The translations under genes and the position numbers were made by a program. A DNA stretch of 25,298 nt from Pseudomonadota bacterium (GTDB lineage: Bacteria; Bdellovibrionota_B; Oligoflexia; Oligoflexales; CAIYRB01): the NCBI GenBank assembly GCA_031416315.1, contig JANOTL010000140.1:1-25298 (forward strand). The letters run 5' to 3'. The notes beneath the pieces are model-generated. The model did not search any database and was not told the DNA's origin. It saw only the letters and a program-made list of their open reading frames with translations. Positions 24,265 to 25,298 of this stretch are shown here, one piece after another (within the stretch, counting starts at the first letter, position 1; each line of letters opens with the position of its first letter).

Positions 24265-25298
24265 ATGTCTCCCCCTGCTTCTTCCTCAGCCCTCGATATT
24301 TTGCGCAAGACTTTCGGGTACGAGCGCTTCCGCGGCCATCAGGAAGCGGCGATCGGGCACGTGATCGGGGGCGGCGACGCGCTCGTCCTCATGCCGACCG
24401 GCGGGGGCAAGTCGCTTTGTTTTCAGGTCCCGGCGCTTGCCCGCGAGGGCACCGGCATCGTGATCTCGCCCTTGATCGCCCTCATGCAGAACCAGGTCGA
24501 CCGCTTGCGCGAGCTCGGCGTGAAGGCCGCCTTTCTGAATTCGACTTTGAGCCTGCGCGAAGCGCAGCAGGTCGAAGCGAAGCTCCTGCGAGGCGAGCTC
24601 GACCTCCTCTACGTCGCTCCCGAGCGTCTCACCTCGTCGGGCACGATCGCCCTCTTCAAACGGGCGAAGATCTCGCTCTTCGCCGTCGACGAGGCGCACT
24701 GCATCTCGCAGTGGGGACACGACTTCCGCAAGGACTACCTGCAGCTCTCCTTGCTGTCGGAGGAGTTCCCCGACGTGCCGCGGATCGCGCTCACCGCCAC
24801 GGCGGACGAGCGCACGCGCAACGAGATCCTCGAGCGCCTGAAGCTGCGCAACGGCCGCGTCTTCGTCTCGAGCTTCAACCGCCCGAACATCCGGTACCGC
24901 ATCACCGAGAAAGTCAAAGCGCGGGAGCAGCTCCTCGCCTTCCTGGACGAGGAGCATCCGGACGACGCGGGCATCGTTTACTGCTTGAGTCGCAAAAGCG
25001 TCGAAGGCGTCGCCAAGTTCCTGGCGAGCAAAGGCAAGCGTGCGCTCGCATATCATGCGGGCATGCCGTCGGACGAACGCGCCCGGAACCTCGACCGCTT
25101 CCTGAAGGAAGACGGCGTCATCGTCGTCGCGACGATCGCGTTCGGCATGGGCATCGACAAGCCGGACGTGCGCTTCGTCGCCCACTTGGATCTGCCGAAG
25201 AATCTCGAGGCCTATTCTCAGGAGACGGGGCGCGCCGGTCGCGACGGCGCGCCGGCGAACGCGTGGATGACCTACGGCATCCAGGATGCGATCATGCT
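24265..25298 (+). CDS. recQ: ATP-dependent DNA helicase RecQ, 5' partial (runs off the window; absent from the ORF track)
   Basis: Manual translation gives [89 protein letters not shown] and [16 protein letters not shown]. Confidence 0.97.
   Translation, partial: MSPPASSSALDILRKTFGYERFRGHQEAAIGHVIGGGDALVLMPTGGGKSLCFQVPALAREGTGIVISPLIALMQNQVDRLRELGVKAAFLNSTLSLREAQQVEAKLLRGELDLLYVAPERLTSSGTIALFKRAKISLFAVDEAHCISQWGHDFRKDYLQLSLLSEEFPDVPRIALTATADERTRNEILERLKLRNGRVFVSSFNRPNIRYRITEKVKAREQLLAFLDEEHPDDAGIVYCLSRKSVEGVAKFLASKGKRALAYHAGMPSDERARNLDRFLKEDGVIVVATIAFGMGIDKPDVRFVAHLDLPKNLEAYSQETGRAGRDGAPANAWMTYGIQDAIM

Noticed and set aside
24286..25185. 299-aa minus-strand ORF in the track
   Set aside because: Antisense shadow of recQ, whose + frame shows all helicase motifs and was omitted from the track only because it lacks a stop in the window.
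1..25298. tRNA/rRNA, CRISPR arrays, transposases/integrases, anti-phage defence or toxin-antitoxin genes
   Set aside because: None recognised; nearly all the sequence is accounted for by protein-coding genes and the intergenic gaps are under 200 nt.

Overview
GC-rich bacterial window dominated by a surface-polysaccharide locus, mostly on the minus strand. It encodes six soluble glycosyltransferases (2x GT2, 3x GT4, one CgeB-like), a hexapeptide-repeat O-acetyltransferase, a NodU/CmcH carbamoyltransferase, a Wzc-type co-polymerase/BY-kinase, a minimal SLBB export protein, a Wzy-like polytopic protein, a GT-C-like membrane protein, an MsbA/PglK-like ABC exporter and a small EcbF/BcbF-type HAD phosphatase. 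Interspersed unexpected genes are: a predicted lipoprotein ADA2/ADGF-type adenosine deaminase linked to the next GT by a 37-aa mini-ORF with ATGA overlaps at both ends; a Coq4-like protein lacking its HDxxH metal motif, coupled to a UbiB/ABC1 kinase; and a Cys-rich lipoprotein behind a near-consensus sigma-28 promoter. Three genes show TANNNT-N6-ATG, a leaderless-mRNA signature. The right end has a PPP-family metallophosphoesterase, a secreted Cys-containing protein and the 5' part of recQ. The left end has a damaged NUDIX-like 5' fragment. No RNA genes, CRISPR arrays or mobile elements were recognised. All family calls come from motif recognition by eye, not database searches.
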